Shown: piece by piece, positions 50,691 through 63,099 of the stretch
Numbering within the stretch: the first letter of the stretch is position 1
How the letters are laid out: the number at the start of each line of letters is the position of its first letter
NCBI GenBank assembly: GCA_013239625.1
Contig: MU057352.1
Coordinates: forward strand, 30,325,277 to 30,389,276
Direction: 5' to 3'
Origin: Lama guanicoe
Lineage: Eukaryota
Length of the DNA stretch: 64,000 nucleotides
Made by a program: the position numbers and the translations under genes
Notes under the pieces: model-generated
Databases searched by the model: none
What the model saw: the letters and a program-made list of their open reading frames with translations, nothing else
What the model was told of the DNA's origin: nothing

Positions 50691-52347
50691 GGAGAGAGCT
50701 TTGTACGGAATCAGGGTTTTAGGAACTGCCCCCCACCGGCAGCACGTCTGCAAGGAGGAAGGTTGGGAGGAGGACTGTGTCGGAAGCAGTTCCTGGCCGA
50801 GGGTGTCTCGCAGCACTGTTGGCGAGAATCAGCAGCAGTGACTGAGACGGAGGAATCGCGTTCGTAAGGTTACCGCCTTCACCTCCCCAGCGCAGCCCCC
50901 CTGAGGGTTTCCCCAGCTCCGGGAGGGGCGCCGTGACAGGCTTTGTTCTCTGAGCCCGAAGCCTACGCTCTTCCTTGGGATCAATACATCACCTACTTTT
51001 ACGTCCTTGCTCAGCCTTGTTCCTTCCTATATTCTGCTTACGTGGATTTTTCTAAAGAATTTATAGGTTTTTGCCTGAAGAGCTCTTCCTCAGTACATCT
51101 CTATCGCAGGCTTCCAGAGGACGCAGCTGAGGACAGTTGGCTTCCAGAGGACAGTTGCCTCCAGGAGGCAGACAAAGATGGGCTTCTCGAGTTGGGTCGC
51201 CCACCCCTGAGATGGCAGTGAGGACCCCTCAGTCCAATGAGGAGCGTGGTTCTCGGCGTGCTATAGCGGCGCAAATGCTAAGATAGACGTCCCCCTGAGA
51301 TGGGTTGGGATATAGGTGGGCGGGGGTGTGCCAGCAGGGAGAAACCGTCATGGAAAAACAGTGGCTGTGTGCGGCTGCTGTGGGGAGCACTCGATGTACT
51401 GAAGGGAGAGGAGCACCCATTGCCTAACCTGCCTGATCACGCGAGACAAAGGTGGATGAGCGTCAGAAAGATGGAGGCTAGCCACTACACGGAAGGTCAA
51501 AGTCTCTTGCCCGGTTTTTATACCTGAGCCACTTCGAAGACCCCAAACCCATCAACTACCGAAGAAGCCTGGTCTCCATGAAGAAAGGCCCTGCGATGCC
51601 AGCTCGGGTGGCCACAGTGACAACGTCCCAGAGGGGGCTGTGGCCGTTTGCTCAGCACACATACACTGGGGCAGAGAAACACGGACCTTTCGAACATTCT
51701 TGGGTACAGAATCCTCACTGACTCCGATACCAGTGACCTGGAGCACCACCAGGTTTCCCGGTAGAGTGGGGGCGCCCGGGGAGCCCGAGGGAAGACAAAA
51801 CCTTTTATAGAATCCTGAAGAGAAAGTGTGACCTTTTGTTCAGATGGTCCACTGGTGTGAGTTAAAGCCTGCATTCAAAAAAAGTACTTAAATCATTTTG
51901 ATATCGTTTCTGACAAAGATGAGGGTGAGAATAAGGGTCAGCGATGCTAAATCCAGGTAAAATGAATTTCAGAGGCAGGAAAGAAAAATGTCCCGAGGTA
52001 AACAGGTGAACTGTCGAAGCCTGTGCTTCCCTTGGTTCCTCCACCGGAACACTGAAAGGGGGCTCGTCCAGCCAGACGCTGAGGAAAGCAGGGCGGGGAA
52101 AAGCAAGAGGACCCTGGCAGGTCAGTGGGCACACGGTACCCACCGCCACCCGGAGGGCGCTACCCCCACCTCCAGAGTGTGGGGGCTGCCCCATTCCTAC
52201 CGCGAGGGCAGAGGTTGCGGACGAGCCCACGCTTACCCATCCTCATTCTTCTCTGTGAATTTGCTTAACTATAAATTTGTTGACTGTATCATCTGGGCAC
52301 AAAATACGAGCAGGGCATAGGCAACCCGCCAGGAGCTCACAGTCTGG

Positions 52348-52600
52348 TTGTGTTTCGGGGACCCCCCACCTCCAGACCACCCTCAGTCACAGTGTTTCGC
52401 TAGAAGGATTCACAGCCTCCAGCAAAGCCATCACACTCAGGGTTCTAGTTCAGTACAGTGAAAAGGTGCAGATTGAGAAACAAAGGAAGAGGTGCGCAGG
52501 GCAGCGTCCGGGGGCCGCCAGGCACCAGCCGCCAGGCGCTGTCTCCCAGTGGAGCTGCGTGCACAGCACTCAACTCCCTCAGTAGCGAAGGGGGGCAGCC
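52348..52600 (-). mobile_element. MER21-like LTR fragment
   Basis: AGACCACCCTCAG...TTCGCTAGAAGGATTCACAG...CCAGGCAC...TCTCCCAGTGGAG. Confidence 0.8.
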
Positions 52601-53199
52601 CACGTGCACAGAGCATGACATTGTCTTGTATCCTATTTGGTGGAGCTCTGTGTACAGTTCTGGAAGAACAACCATTATATGTTATGAGTATAATTAAAAT
52701 TGGTATTAGACTCTTGGAAAGAGCTGGGACAACCTTACACCTGGGATGCTTTTGGCACTCACTGGTGTTCCCAGTAGAGATAAGATTCTTGTTTATGGCA
52801 ACTGTCTTCCTAAGAAAAAGTACTGTACATCTCAATTTGGATAAATTCAGTTTTTCATCGAGATTAAAATGTTTCAATCGTAAATCAGGCTCTTGTTTGA
52901 GAATTGACAGCAAATGTAGACACAGGGTAACAAGTGAAATTTTAGTCCACCAAAAAAAAAAAGAGAGAGAGAGAAATCAGATTCTCATGTTCTCTACGAC
53001 ATAAAAGTTTTGAAATGATGCAAAGACCAGTGGAAGAAGTCCAGAAACTAAGTACAGTGAACTTGTCACGACAAACTCCTCGTTCCTTCTGATTTCTTCC
53101 CTGTTATTAAAAAAAAAAAATTGGAAGTCATAGAATCTTTCACGTGGCATGGAATTCCGAGAGCGTGCATTCCAAGAGCGTGCTCCTAATGTAGCAGGT

Positions 53200-53360
53200 A
53201 CGAACTACTATGTATAATATACAAGCATACTATGTGTAATGCTTGCTATAGCCTATAATGAAAAAGAATACACATGTGTGTGGAGCTGGATCACCGCGCT
53301 AGAAACTAACGCAACATTGTAAATCAGCTGTACTTCAATTAAAAACACACACACACACAA
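53200..53360 (+). mobile_element. Short L1 3' end with A/(CA)n tail
   Basis: CCTATAATGAAAAAGAATA...AGAAACTAACGCAACATTGTAAATCAGCTGTACTTCAATTAAAAACACAC. Confidence 0.85.
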
Positions 53361-53787
53361 AGCAAAACAGAGAGACCCGGAGACCCAAAGTCCTGAGTCA
53401 AGTCCTGGTCCTTCTCGCTGATACAGATAGAATGAGTCTCTTAATAACCTTGGTTTAGTGTCCATGAAATGAACATTTTAGAAAATTAAAAAGAGAAAGC
53501 AAGTACTCATCTCGCAGGATTAACTGGGCAAGATAAACACATGAAGCCAACTGGGGTTCCTTTTTTCATGGTAGTCGTGTTGGGGCAGGTTAGTCCCGTG
53601 GGGAGTGGCCTCATTTTTCAATCACTCCCTTTGGGTGTTACTTCCTTGGAGACGTGTTCGGGACCTTGATATAAATATGGAAGAAGGACCAGAATCAGGC
53701 AAGTCCTGTTTTGGGAAATAGTGGTGCCTTTAGGCGAAAGGCTGAAGATACCAGGTGTAACAAACTCAAGAAACTGGGGTTATTTTG

Positions 53788-54185
53788 TATTCAGGGCTGA
53801 ATTCTGTCCTCCCAAAATTCACATATTGAAGTCCTAACCCCCAGAACCTCAAAATGTGACCTTACTTGATGTAGGGTCACTGCAGATGTAATTAGTCAAG
53901 TTGAGGTGTGGTCCTCCTGGGGTCGGGAGGTAGGAAGAGGGAACGTGGACACAAACACACGGAGGAGCCGTGTGCGGACTGGAGCAATGATGCTGTAAGA
54001 TGAACAACTGCCATGGCTGGGAGTCAGGCCTGGAACGGAGCCTTCCCTGAGCCTTCGGAGGGAGCGTGTGGCCCCGCAGTCACCTTGGTCTTGGACTTCC
54101 AGCCTCTAGACCTGGGAGACAGTAAACTGTTGTTTAAGCTATTTTTTTGTGGCACTTGGCTCAGGCAGCCTAGCAAAGTAATACA
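53788..54185 (+). mobile_element. MLT1B-like solo LTR
   Basis: GGGCTGAATTCTGTCCTCCCAAAATTCACATATTGAAGTCCTAACCCCCAG...GGCAGCCTAGCAAAGTAATACA. Near-TSD TTTTG/TTTCG. Confidence 0.9.
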
Positions 54186-54775
54186 TTTCGGAAACTGCCA
54201 TGAGCTTCTCGTCCAGGCCCAAAGAATCGGGCAGATGGAGCAACATTTCATTTTAAACCCTGGACCCAGAGAACCGACAGCTTTGCTTTTATGTTGATTG
54301 TGGCCATCCATTGCTTTAACTCTGACAGCATGCACAGAAAATGCTTCAAGGCCAAGTGTCACTTAATAGCCACTTAACTTCAAGGTCCCTGTTCTTGGCC
54401 ATAAGGAATCCTTGGAGGCTTTTGCAAGAGACCCCATTCTGAGATGGGGTCACGGTCGGCACACATCCTGAACAGAGGGCCCCTTTGCAAACCTGGATGG
54501 GGAAAGTCAGTCCACACACCAGGAAAGCACAAAGATGGAGAGTCTTTCTAGTGCTTCTAGACTTTATACCCAGACTGTGTGGTGTCTTAGTCCTGAAATG
54601 ATCTACAAATTCCAATCTACAGATTGCTTGGGGTCACATTTTTAGCTCCAATTTCACCAGAGTAAGTCAGGACAAACGTCTCTTGAAACACACTCTCCAC
54701 CCACTGTCCCTGGCAGGCTTCTGGGGTCTGGCTGGGGGAATATTGGATGTGTGGCAGGAAGCTAGGATTAGCACC

Positions 54776-55118
54776 TGGGATGGTTAATTGTACGTGTTGG
54801 CTGGGCCAGGGGCCACGGTTAAACATGACTTCTGGGTGTGCCTCTGAGAGTCTTTCCAGAAGGGGTTAGCGTTTGCTTTGGCGGGCTGAGAAAAGAAGAC
54901 AGTGCTCCCCAACATGAGTGGGCATCTTCCGATCCACGGAGGGCCCGAACAGAACAAAAATGCAGAGGAACATTTCTTCCCTGACTGCTTGATGGGGACA
55001 TCTGCCTTCTCCTGCCCTCAGACTGGAACCACACCCCCAGGCTTTCCTGGGTCTAAAGCTTGCAGGTGGCAGGTAACTTCTCAGCCACCATAGTCACGTG
55101 AGCCAATACCTTAATAGC
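54776..55118 (+). mobile_element. MLT2 (ERVL) LTR fragment
   Basis: GATGGTTAATT...GTGGGCATC...GAGGGCCCGAACAGAACAAAAA...CACGTGAGCCAATACCTTA. Confidence 0.85.
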
Positions 55119-56784
55119 TCAAAAGAAATCTTTCTCCAAGAGCTTGTTTAAATCACTGAAGTGGAGATGTCTGTGACTGGCAGCTACATACATTTGTGGT
55201 CCTGTGTCCCTCTACTTCCAGGCCATTGAGGGGCCCGGGACTGGGTTTCCCCCTAGATTTCTACAACCAATTCATGAGTCTGGTTTAAAAAAAAAACAAC
55301 CAAACAAACAAACAGCAATTTTGTTTTCTGGTAAAGGAGCGAAGGGACTGACTAGAGCATCGTTATCATCCAGTGGTCGGGGGTCCGGCTGGCGATCCTT
55401 TAGGACCAACCAGAGAAATAATCCTTCTACCAAGAGAAGGATGAGTCAGCAGGACTCAGGATTGTATCTGACTAGTTTTTGGCGGGTTGACCTTTCTCCT
55501 TTGAACATGAAGGACGAAAGGGGGGAGTATCTGCTTCCCACGAGCGTGGCCAGTAGGAGGCATCTTCTAGGGCCAGAGTGTTCTCTACCGTTTACTTTAC
55601 TTTCCCTCAGACCTTGTGTGGCTGAAGCCCTCCGGGAACCCTGGAGCTGGAAGAGACTCCTCTTGGGAGTGAGCACCCTGTTACTAGAAGCAATCAAGCA
55701 GGTGTCAGGGGCATGTCACTCACAGCTGCTGCTCTGAGGAAGATTCTATCATGGCTGTGAGGCACAGCTGACCTGCAGCATCCGACGTCAACTGTGTGGC
55801 CTGTGGCAAGCCATTTTACCCGAGACTCACTTTCCTCGGTGGCAAAAGGGGAGGATTACGTGTCCTGTAGGTGAGAGGAGGCACAGAAGTGCACAGGGTG
55901 TCTCTGAAGACCACCTACCTTCAGTCACCCTCAGGCAGTCTTTGCAGAGCAGTCAGTCACACCCCGCCTCCAGTCTTTCCTTTGCCCCTTTTCTGAGTCA
56001 CTTGAATATTCTTCCAAGAGTCAGGCAGCAGTGACAGTGCCAACACTGAGCGGATGCTCCCTGAGCACTAGGACAGGTACTTTCCAGACAACAGCCATCG
56101 CACAGGGTAGATTTCTTTTCCCCTTGCATAAATGAAAAAAAGATGTTTGGAGGTTAAATAGTTAGAGGTTTTAGGTAAATTCTGCCAAGTGGAGAGTCAT
56201 ATTTTAAAATTCAGATGCATTCAACACGCAGGATGGAGACTAGGCAGGGGACCAGCAGGACCAGTAGAAGCCAGGGAAGGATGCCCGGATCACCCTGCTG
56301 GGTACCAGACAGGAAGCAATCACTGCTCATCCATCACCTGACACCAGCCGCTGCTGAGTGCAGCTACCCACAGACGAGATGATGGCATTCCAAGTGGGCA
56401 GGGGAAGAGGCGGAGGAGGAGAAAGATGAATCAGACACGCGGCACCATTCCTCCACTGCTCCGAGGCTGGCCAGCCACCGCTGGGACTGGCAGGAGGGTC
56501 AGGAGGAATGATAACCACAGTGGCCGCACGATGGCCACCAGGGACCGAGGGTCAGAGATGACCCCCTACAGCCCCAGTGGTGCAGTACCGATGGAAAGGC
56601 GGAGGCTCCGAGTTGTAAACGCGCTGCCTGACCTCACAGGGCGAGCACGGCAGCCCTGAACCCAAGTTCATCTGCCTGCCGCTCCACCCACGCTCAGCTC
56701 TGCGGTGGATCCGGATCTCCGAGAGCTGGAGCCTGTCCTCCCATTCCCTTAGATTTCACAACCTAATACTGCTCTCAGAATTAA

Positions 56785-56880
56785 CTTGCTCATTTGTTCA
56801 ATCATTCATTTCTTCACCCAACAAATATTTCTTGGATGCCCGCTAGGCGTCCGTTCCACGCTGAGAGCTGGGATGCCTGG
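56785..56880 (-). mobile_element. L2 3' end
   Basis: CATTCATTTCTTCACCCAACAAATATTTCTTGGATGCC. Confidence 0.6.
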
Positions 56881-57278
56881 GAGCTGGGCGTGTGCGCCCC
56901 GTCCGCCCTCTCCTCCCCGACCAGCAGCCAGCCCCGCAGGGCCCAGGACGGCGGGTCCGCGCCCTTTCATTGTGAGTCACTGACTGGGGAAAGAATCGCG
57001 TTTTCCTCAGGTTAAGCTTCCCCCAGCAGACAGACCTGTCTGTGCTCACCCAGACAGACCTGCAGGTTGACAGGCGGTGTGAAGGGTCAAGTCCAACTTT
57101 GATAAGCAGTTCACACCCACAGCCCCTGCACCCTTGTCCTCGGCGTGACGCCGGCCCTTGGTAGCTGCTCAGACAGCATTCCCTGTGCACCTCTGTGCTG
57201 GCTTTGGGCTCTCACCGGCCAGCGCCTTCCCTGCACCCCCTGTCCCCTTCGCTCCCAACAGCGTCCCCGCGCGGGAGA

Positions 57279-57766
57279 CAGACGAGCAGCGCTCGTTGCA
57301 TTGTGCTTTGTCTATCAGCCTGCACAGTTACTGCATTTCTTAAAAATTGAAAGTCTGTGGCAACCCTGCATCAAGCAAGTCCACCAGCACCATTTTTGCA
57401 AAAGTATTTGCTCACTTCATGTCTCTGTGTCTCATTTTGGGAATTCTCACACTATTTCAAACTTTTTCATTATTATTATGTTTCCTTATTTTTATTATAT
57501 GTTTCATTCTTAATATACTTCTTCTGGTGCCTGCGGTCAGTGATCTTTGTTCCTACTGCAACTCGCTGAAGACTCAGATGATGGCTGGCAATTTTAACAG
57601 TATTTTTTGATGAGTTTGTTAAAACAAAAAGCTGTGGCAGACGTCACAGACTGCAGCCTGGTATCAACAAAACTTTCATAGTTCCTGGGAAGCCAGGAAA
57701 ATGCGCGTGACCTGCTTGATAGTGGTGGCCTGGAACGGACCCTGTCGTATATCCGAGGTACGACTG
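57279..57766 (+). mobile_element. Tigger1-derived internally deleted DNA transposon (Tigger1a-like)
   Basis: AAATTGAAAGTCTGTGGCAACCCTGCATCAAGCAAGTC...GCTCACTTCATGTCTCTGTG...CTCGCTGAAGACTCAGATGAT, ending CCGAGGTACGACTG. Homologous to 48257-48693 in the opposite orientation. Confidence 0.9.
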
Positions 57767-57769
57767 TCA

Positions 57770-57900
57770 TAACACTGTCATTTTGAGATAAGAAAATTGA
57801 GGCTGAGAGAGAGGCTTTCTCAAGGTCACCAGCTAGTGAGTGGGTGGGACAGGATTCAAACTCAGTACAGTTCCAGAAGTCTCGGTCACCTCCCCACGCC
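57770..57900 (-). mobile_element. MIR fragment
   Basis: CATTTTGAGATAAGAAAATTGAGGCT...CAAGGTCACCAGCTAGTGAGTGG...GGATTCAAACTCAG. Confidence 0.8.
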
Positions 57901-58869
57901 ACTCTACAGGGAACTTTGGAAAAAAGTCTGGAAGGAAGGTACTTGGAAATCTTGACAGTGGTGGCACTTGGGGTGATTTTTACCTTCTTTTTGCTTACCT
58001 GCCCTCTCAAGTTTGCCCAGAAAGCACTGCTCGTGGGCTTCAATTCCTTATCCAAGTATAACACTCGGACAGTTTTCAAGCTGGCACAAAAGTGCCCAAG
58101 GGATGGGGATCATGATCACAACTTGCTGGATTTGGGGGAAGTTAAAATGCGCTGCGATCTGGCAAAGGGCCTGGTTGGTTGCAGACGCTTTCTGATTTCC
58201 TGTCTTTCTATTTCTGAGAAAGAAGGAGAGACCACGGCCAAGCTCAGAGTTTTCTCAGCAGCAGATTCCAGAGCCCTGGCTTTGGGGACACAGTTTGCAG
58301 ACTGCCCCCCGCCCTGTGATGTTGGGACAGAGGAGAACCTGGACCCGTCACACCTCCCACTGCCCACAGGCATGGCGGCCCCGTCAGCAGACACGGGGGA
58401 TGGAAGGAAGTTAGGGCCACCAGGGAGGGGCCGCGGGCCTGGCCGCCCGGGGGCGGACACTGAACGGAAAGGAAGCTCCACCGCCTCCCGCCCGGGCGCC
58501 CAGCGCGGTCCAGCTGCAGACGCACGGGACACAGGAGGTGCGCTTCTGCAGCGAGTGGGCGAAGCTGTCATCTCCACCCCGCGGAGAGAATGTCAAGACA
58601 CAAAATTATCACTCTGTGCCTTCAGCTTCTCAAAGACCCTTTGTGAATCAGGAAAGAGAAGGAAGAGAAGAGAGTGCAGAACATTTCCCTGGATGAAAAG
58701 AGCTCCGTGCGGCCGCCCAGGCAGCCCTCGGGAGGCTCCAGGCAGTCTGGGCAGGAGCCCGGGAGGCAGGTAAAGGGAAGAGAAGCCACAGTTTTCAGTA
58801 CCAAGGGGGTGATGCTCCCACCACAGCTTAGGTGCTTTAGCCCCGTCCCCTCTTGGCTGAATTGATTTT

Positions 58870-59015
58870 AACAGCAACTCTGTGAGTTTAGCGTTCTTCC
58901 ATTGATGAAATTTAAGGCCCAGAGAGGTGAAGTCACTTATCCACTATCACACAGCTTGAAGGGGCCGAGGTAGTGTTTGAACCAGGCCCCTGGCTTCAGA
59001 GCTGACTCTTGTGAG
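58870..59015 (-). mobile_element. MIR fragment
   Basis: AGGCCCAGAGAGGTGAAGTCACTT...TCACACAGCT...TTTGAACCAGG. Confidence 0.75.
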
Positions 59016-61255
59016 CGCAGCGTAACAGCCAGCCCCTTTCTGACAAGTGTCCAGTTAATGGTTGTCTAGCTGTGTTGACACAGAATTTAATCCTCACACA
59101 CCAGAGAGGGAGGTGAAGTAAAGTTTTTGGATGTTCGGGGAGCTGCTTCCCAGAAAATGGAAGCGCATTGGCCGTGGTCACAGCCCTGGACGGGGCAGAC
59201 TGGGATCAGAGCCAGGGCCCCGAGTCACGTGCAGACCTCTTTCCATACAGGTGGCGGCGCACAATGGCAACATTTTTTTTTTCGGATTGTTGAGGGGAGA
59301 TGGGGAGGGGCGTTGCAGGGGAAAGAAAAGTTTTCCTCAAACAAAACTCTTCTTCAAAGTCCAAAATGTGGAACAGACAAGAGGCAGGGGCACGGTCTCG
59401 CCCGACGCAGCCGCTAAGGAGCTTCCCGGAGCACGCTTTAGCGGCCGCCTCGGGAGCCCGCATGCCAGTGTCGGCCTTGGGGAGCCCAGGCGCAGCGCCG
59501 GGCTCTCAGCTTCTAGCTGCCACCTGCTGCGCCCGCCGGCTCCCCTGCGCCGCGCTGCGACCCACATGATGGTACTTAAACCTCACGACAGTCCTGCGAG
59601 GTGCACGTTGTGCCCTGTTCTATAAGCATGGTTTCCAGAGGGGAGCCCACCCCGGCCGCGCCCAGGATGCCCTGCCTTTGCCGGTACCCTCAGCAGCTCC
59701 TGAGGGCGAGGACCTGCGTCTCTACGGCAGTGCTGTCAGTGATGCAAGCCAGCCCTGGAAATAGTGCCCAGCGCACAGGAGGTGCTCTGTGAATATGTGC
59801 TGATGGCCCGGGTGGGGTCTGCTGCTCTGGGACAACCTGAATGTACGGGGGCCAAGGTCAAAGTGCCCCTCTCTGTCTGTGCTGGAAGGGAGGGGTGTGC
59901 GTCCACAGTCTTAGTCATTTGGAGGGGACCTCATGACACTTCAGAGGCGGCTGATGGAAGAGGCAGGGTATCGCCAGTAAGGGAGTCACCCTGACTCTGA
60001 ATCTACTGACCACTGTCTGCTTGAGGCCCACAAGGAAGGGTGACACTTGTCCCTCTGACTCCACGATGTCTTTATCTGAGGAAGCAAATGTCTGCCCAGA
60101 TGTGCAGAGAGTGGTGGGTCTGAAGAGAGATTAAGCCCTGGGCTTGCCTGACGTGAGCCAAGGGCCCAGACGGTCTCCATCGCCAGGGCTCTGTGCGGCG
60201 TTCGGACAAACACAGGCTCCTAATGGGGCCACCGTCCTCACCAGGGGCGTGGCTGCCCACCTGCTCGCGGGGCCAGGGCAGAGGCCAACGCGTGGCGGGG
60301 AGAGCAGACCTCGCCACGAGTGACCAGGAAGGAGCCTCGGGGTCAGACAGCCCTGACCCAGGGCTCACCTCTTAGCTGTCACGTGACTTATCCACACACA
60401 CAGGAGACTGTTCCTTCCCGAACGGCGTCCTCGTGAAAGCTGACGTCTGCGAGCCCCCTGGCCTGGTTCCCTGCACAGACCACCAGCTTGTTCACAGCGG
60501 CCCCTGGTTTTTTCCGAGCCTGAGCTGCGTCCCGGCGCTGGGACTAGGTTCAGGTCGGCCAGCAAGACTCGGAGTCTCGGGCCGGGTGGGCCCCGCCTCC
60601 CCTGGGAGAGTGGCCTACCCGCTGCCATCTTCTCTCCTCTGCCTGGTCCAGCGGCAGTGCTGGTAAACGTGATGCCTGGGCAGTGCCCCAGGGGCCTGGG
60701 GGCTGGCGAGTCGGCCGTGCCCTTGACGAGCACGCTAAGCACGCCTGGAGTGGTGTCGGGGCTGAGAGCTTGAGGCTGGAGCTGCTCTCGGCTGGGGGTG
60801 CCACCCCACAAGCTCTCTTCCCAGACAGGCCCGTGTGGGTGAGGGGCCAAAGGAAACTGTACTTGGGTAGTTTCTGGGCCTTGCGATGGTTAGAGACGCT
60901 GTGTGCCCTGTCTCAGTGTCCCTCACTGAGGCCAAGCGATGTACGTGTGATGAAGGAGTCTGCAGACCTGCGTTCACTGTGCGTTAGAGCAGGAGCAGAG
61001 GAAGCGGGTCCCTGCCCTCGTGGGGCTCACGCTCTAGGTGGGGAAGAGACAGAACCAGGAGCTGCCACTGGCCCGGATCTTTGCTCATTTCCTGAACTGA
61101 TTGCTGCCCTTGGGAACTGAGCAGAGTGATGCAGGTGTGGGCTTGGGGCAGAGGCCACACGCTCGGGCAGCCCTGGCTGGAGGTGGCCCCTGAGTGGACA
61201 GCCTAGGATCAGAGCAAGACAGTAAGATACAAGACAATCAGGGTGGAAATAGGCA

Positions 61256-61785
61256 GCAGCAGCACCATTTACAGCAGCCAAGACATGGAAGCAGCCTAAG
61301 TGCCCAGCGACAGGCGATCAAACAAAGACGATGAGGTATACGTGCAGTGGAATACGACTCAGCCATAAAAAAGAGTCAAATGATGCCATTTGCAGGAACA
61401 TGGATGGATCGACAGTTTATCATACTGAGTGAAGTAAGACAGAGGAAGACAAATATCATATGATATTGTTTATATGTGGAATCTAAAAAAAAATGGCACA
61501 AATGAACCTGTTTACAAAGCAGAAACAGACTCACATAGAAAACAAACCTATTGTTACCCCAGGGGAAAGGGGGCGAGGGATGAATTAGGAGACTGGGGTT
61601 AGCAGATACAAACTACTACACATAAAATGGGTAAACAGCAAGGTCCTACTGCAGAGCACAGGGAACTGTATCTGGTAGCTTGTAATAACCTGTAATGAAA
61701 AGAACACAGTTAAATCACTGCTGCACACCGGGCACGAATACAACCTTGTGAACCAACTCTGCTTCAGCCAAAAACGGAAAAAAGA
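61256..61785 (+). mobile_element. 5'-truncated L1 (camelid-type 3' end)
   Basis: GCAGCACCATTTACAGCAGCCAAGACATGGAAGC...ACTCAGCCATAAAAAAG...GCACAGGGAACTG and a degenerate A-tail. Confidence 0.9.
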
Positions 61786-62761
61786 AGCTGCAGGATGGGC
61801 ATGTCCAAGGCAGAAGGGCCAGCGAGGGCCTCCGCGGTCCCAGAGCTGCGGGAGTGCGTGGAGGGAGGGGCAGGGCTCAGAGGACACTGCCAGGGCCAGG
61901 CCACGTGGGCCTACGCGCTGCGTGTGGATTCCTCCTAAGCCCATGGGGAAGCCAAGGGCAGGCTCTCAGCAAGCAGTCTTTTTACCTCCCCTTTGTCCTT
62001 TCAGAGACTCCCCCGGCGGTTGAGTTGCAGCGTGCTTCGTCAGGCGCGTGAGTGGGAGCAGGAGGTGACCCCAGGCATGGGCGAGCGGCTCGGGTCGAGG
62101 GGGCGCAGTCGTTGTCATTAGCTGTAATACCGGGGTGTCAGGAGCTCCAGCTCCCAGATCCTTGTGGTTCCAAATGTCTCAGGGTTTCCTCCTCCCCGTG
62201 GGCCAGGCACCAGCAGGTGTCACCAGAGACTGAGCAAAGTTTTCACTGCGGGCACCCATGGTGGAGAGGGTCTTGCAGAATTCCCAGGGCATCCCCCGGA
62301 CCTTGAGATGTTGTTAGCTCCGACAAGTGTGCCAAGCAAGTCAAGTAGCTCCATTATTTCGGTGAGAAAACAGGCTTGATGAGGTTTCATGAGTCACCCA
62401 AAGGTAGACAACCTTCAAACTGATGGAGCTGACATTTGACTGATGGCCAAGCCCCACGTTCCCAGCACATGGAGTCTTTCTGGGGAAGCAGAGCTCAAAG
62501 GGAAACCCCACACTGGTGTGGGTGAGGGGACCATCTCTTCTGAGAGGCTATAGTCAGCGGGGAGCTTCTGGGGGCGCCGTGAAGCATCTCTGCTAAATGG
62601 AATTTGTGGATGGCGGTCACCACGTGCAATCGCAGACCACTGACCAGCAGGATTCAGAAGAGGTGCCATCAGGATGCTGGACACTCGGGTTCGTGTTCAT
62701 TTGTGTGGGGATGTGGCGATCATAAGCTGATGGTAAATGTCAGCTCATTTGCCCTCCATCC

Positions 62762-62905
62762 TTTTTTTTTTTTTAATGTCTGCTGTGCTTTCTCTGGGGG
62801 AGGTAATTAGGTTTGTTTACCTTTTTAACAGAGGTACTGGGGGCTGAACCTAGGTCCTCATGCGTGCTAAGCATGCACTCTACCCCTGAGCTCTACCCTC
62901 CCCCC
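62762..62905 (-). mobile_element. Camelid tRNA-Ala-derived SINE (Vic-1-type)
   Basis: Poly(T), then GGGGGAGGTAATTAGGTTTG...GAGGTACTGGGGGCTGAACCTAGG...GCTAAGCATGCACTCTAC...TGAGCTCTACCCTCCCC. Homologous to 44768-44901. Confidence 0.9.
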
Positions 62906-63099
62906 ACCCGTTCTTTAATGAGACTCAGCGCCCACTGTACGCTGGCTCACGCCTCACTGGGTCCCTCTGTTCCCAAAATAGTTACCAAATGTCCACTATA
63001 AGCGGCCCTTCTCCCAGCTGCTGGGAAGGGGGCAGCGAACAAAAGACAGCAACCCCTGCCCTCCCGAGGGTTGCTTTCTACTTCCTGGGTTTAGTATGA

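Noticed and set aside
51480-51721. Open + frame (FLYLSHFEDPKPINYRRSLVSMKKG...)
   Set aside because: It is bounded by stops, has no good acceptor or donor, and is not recognised.
52437-53004. Overlapping ORFs of 158-170 aa
   Set aside because: They begin or end within a MER21-like LTR and run into AT-rich non-coding sequence.
57844-58773. Longest ORF (309 aa)
   Set aside because: It has a non-ATG start inside a MIR, no recognisable domain, and a G/R/P-rich composition. Overlapping ORFs on both strands indicate a chance GC-rich ORF.
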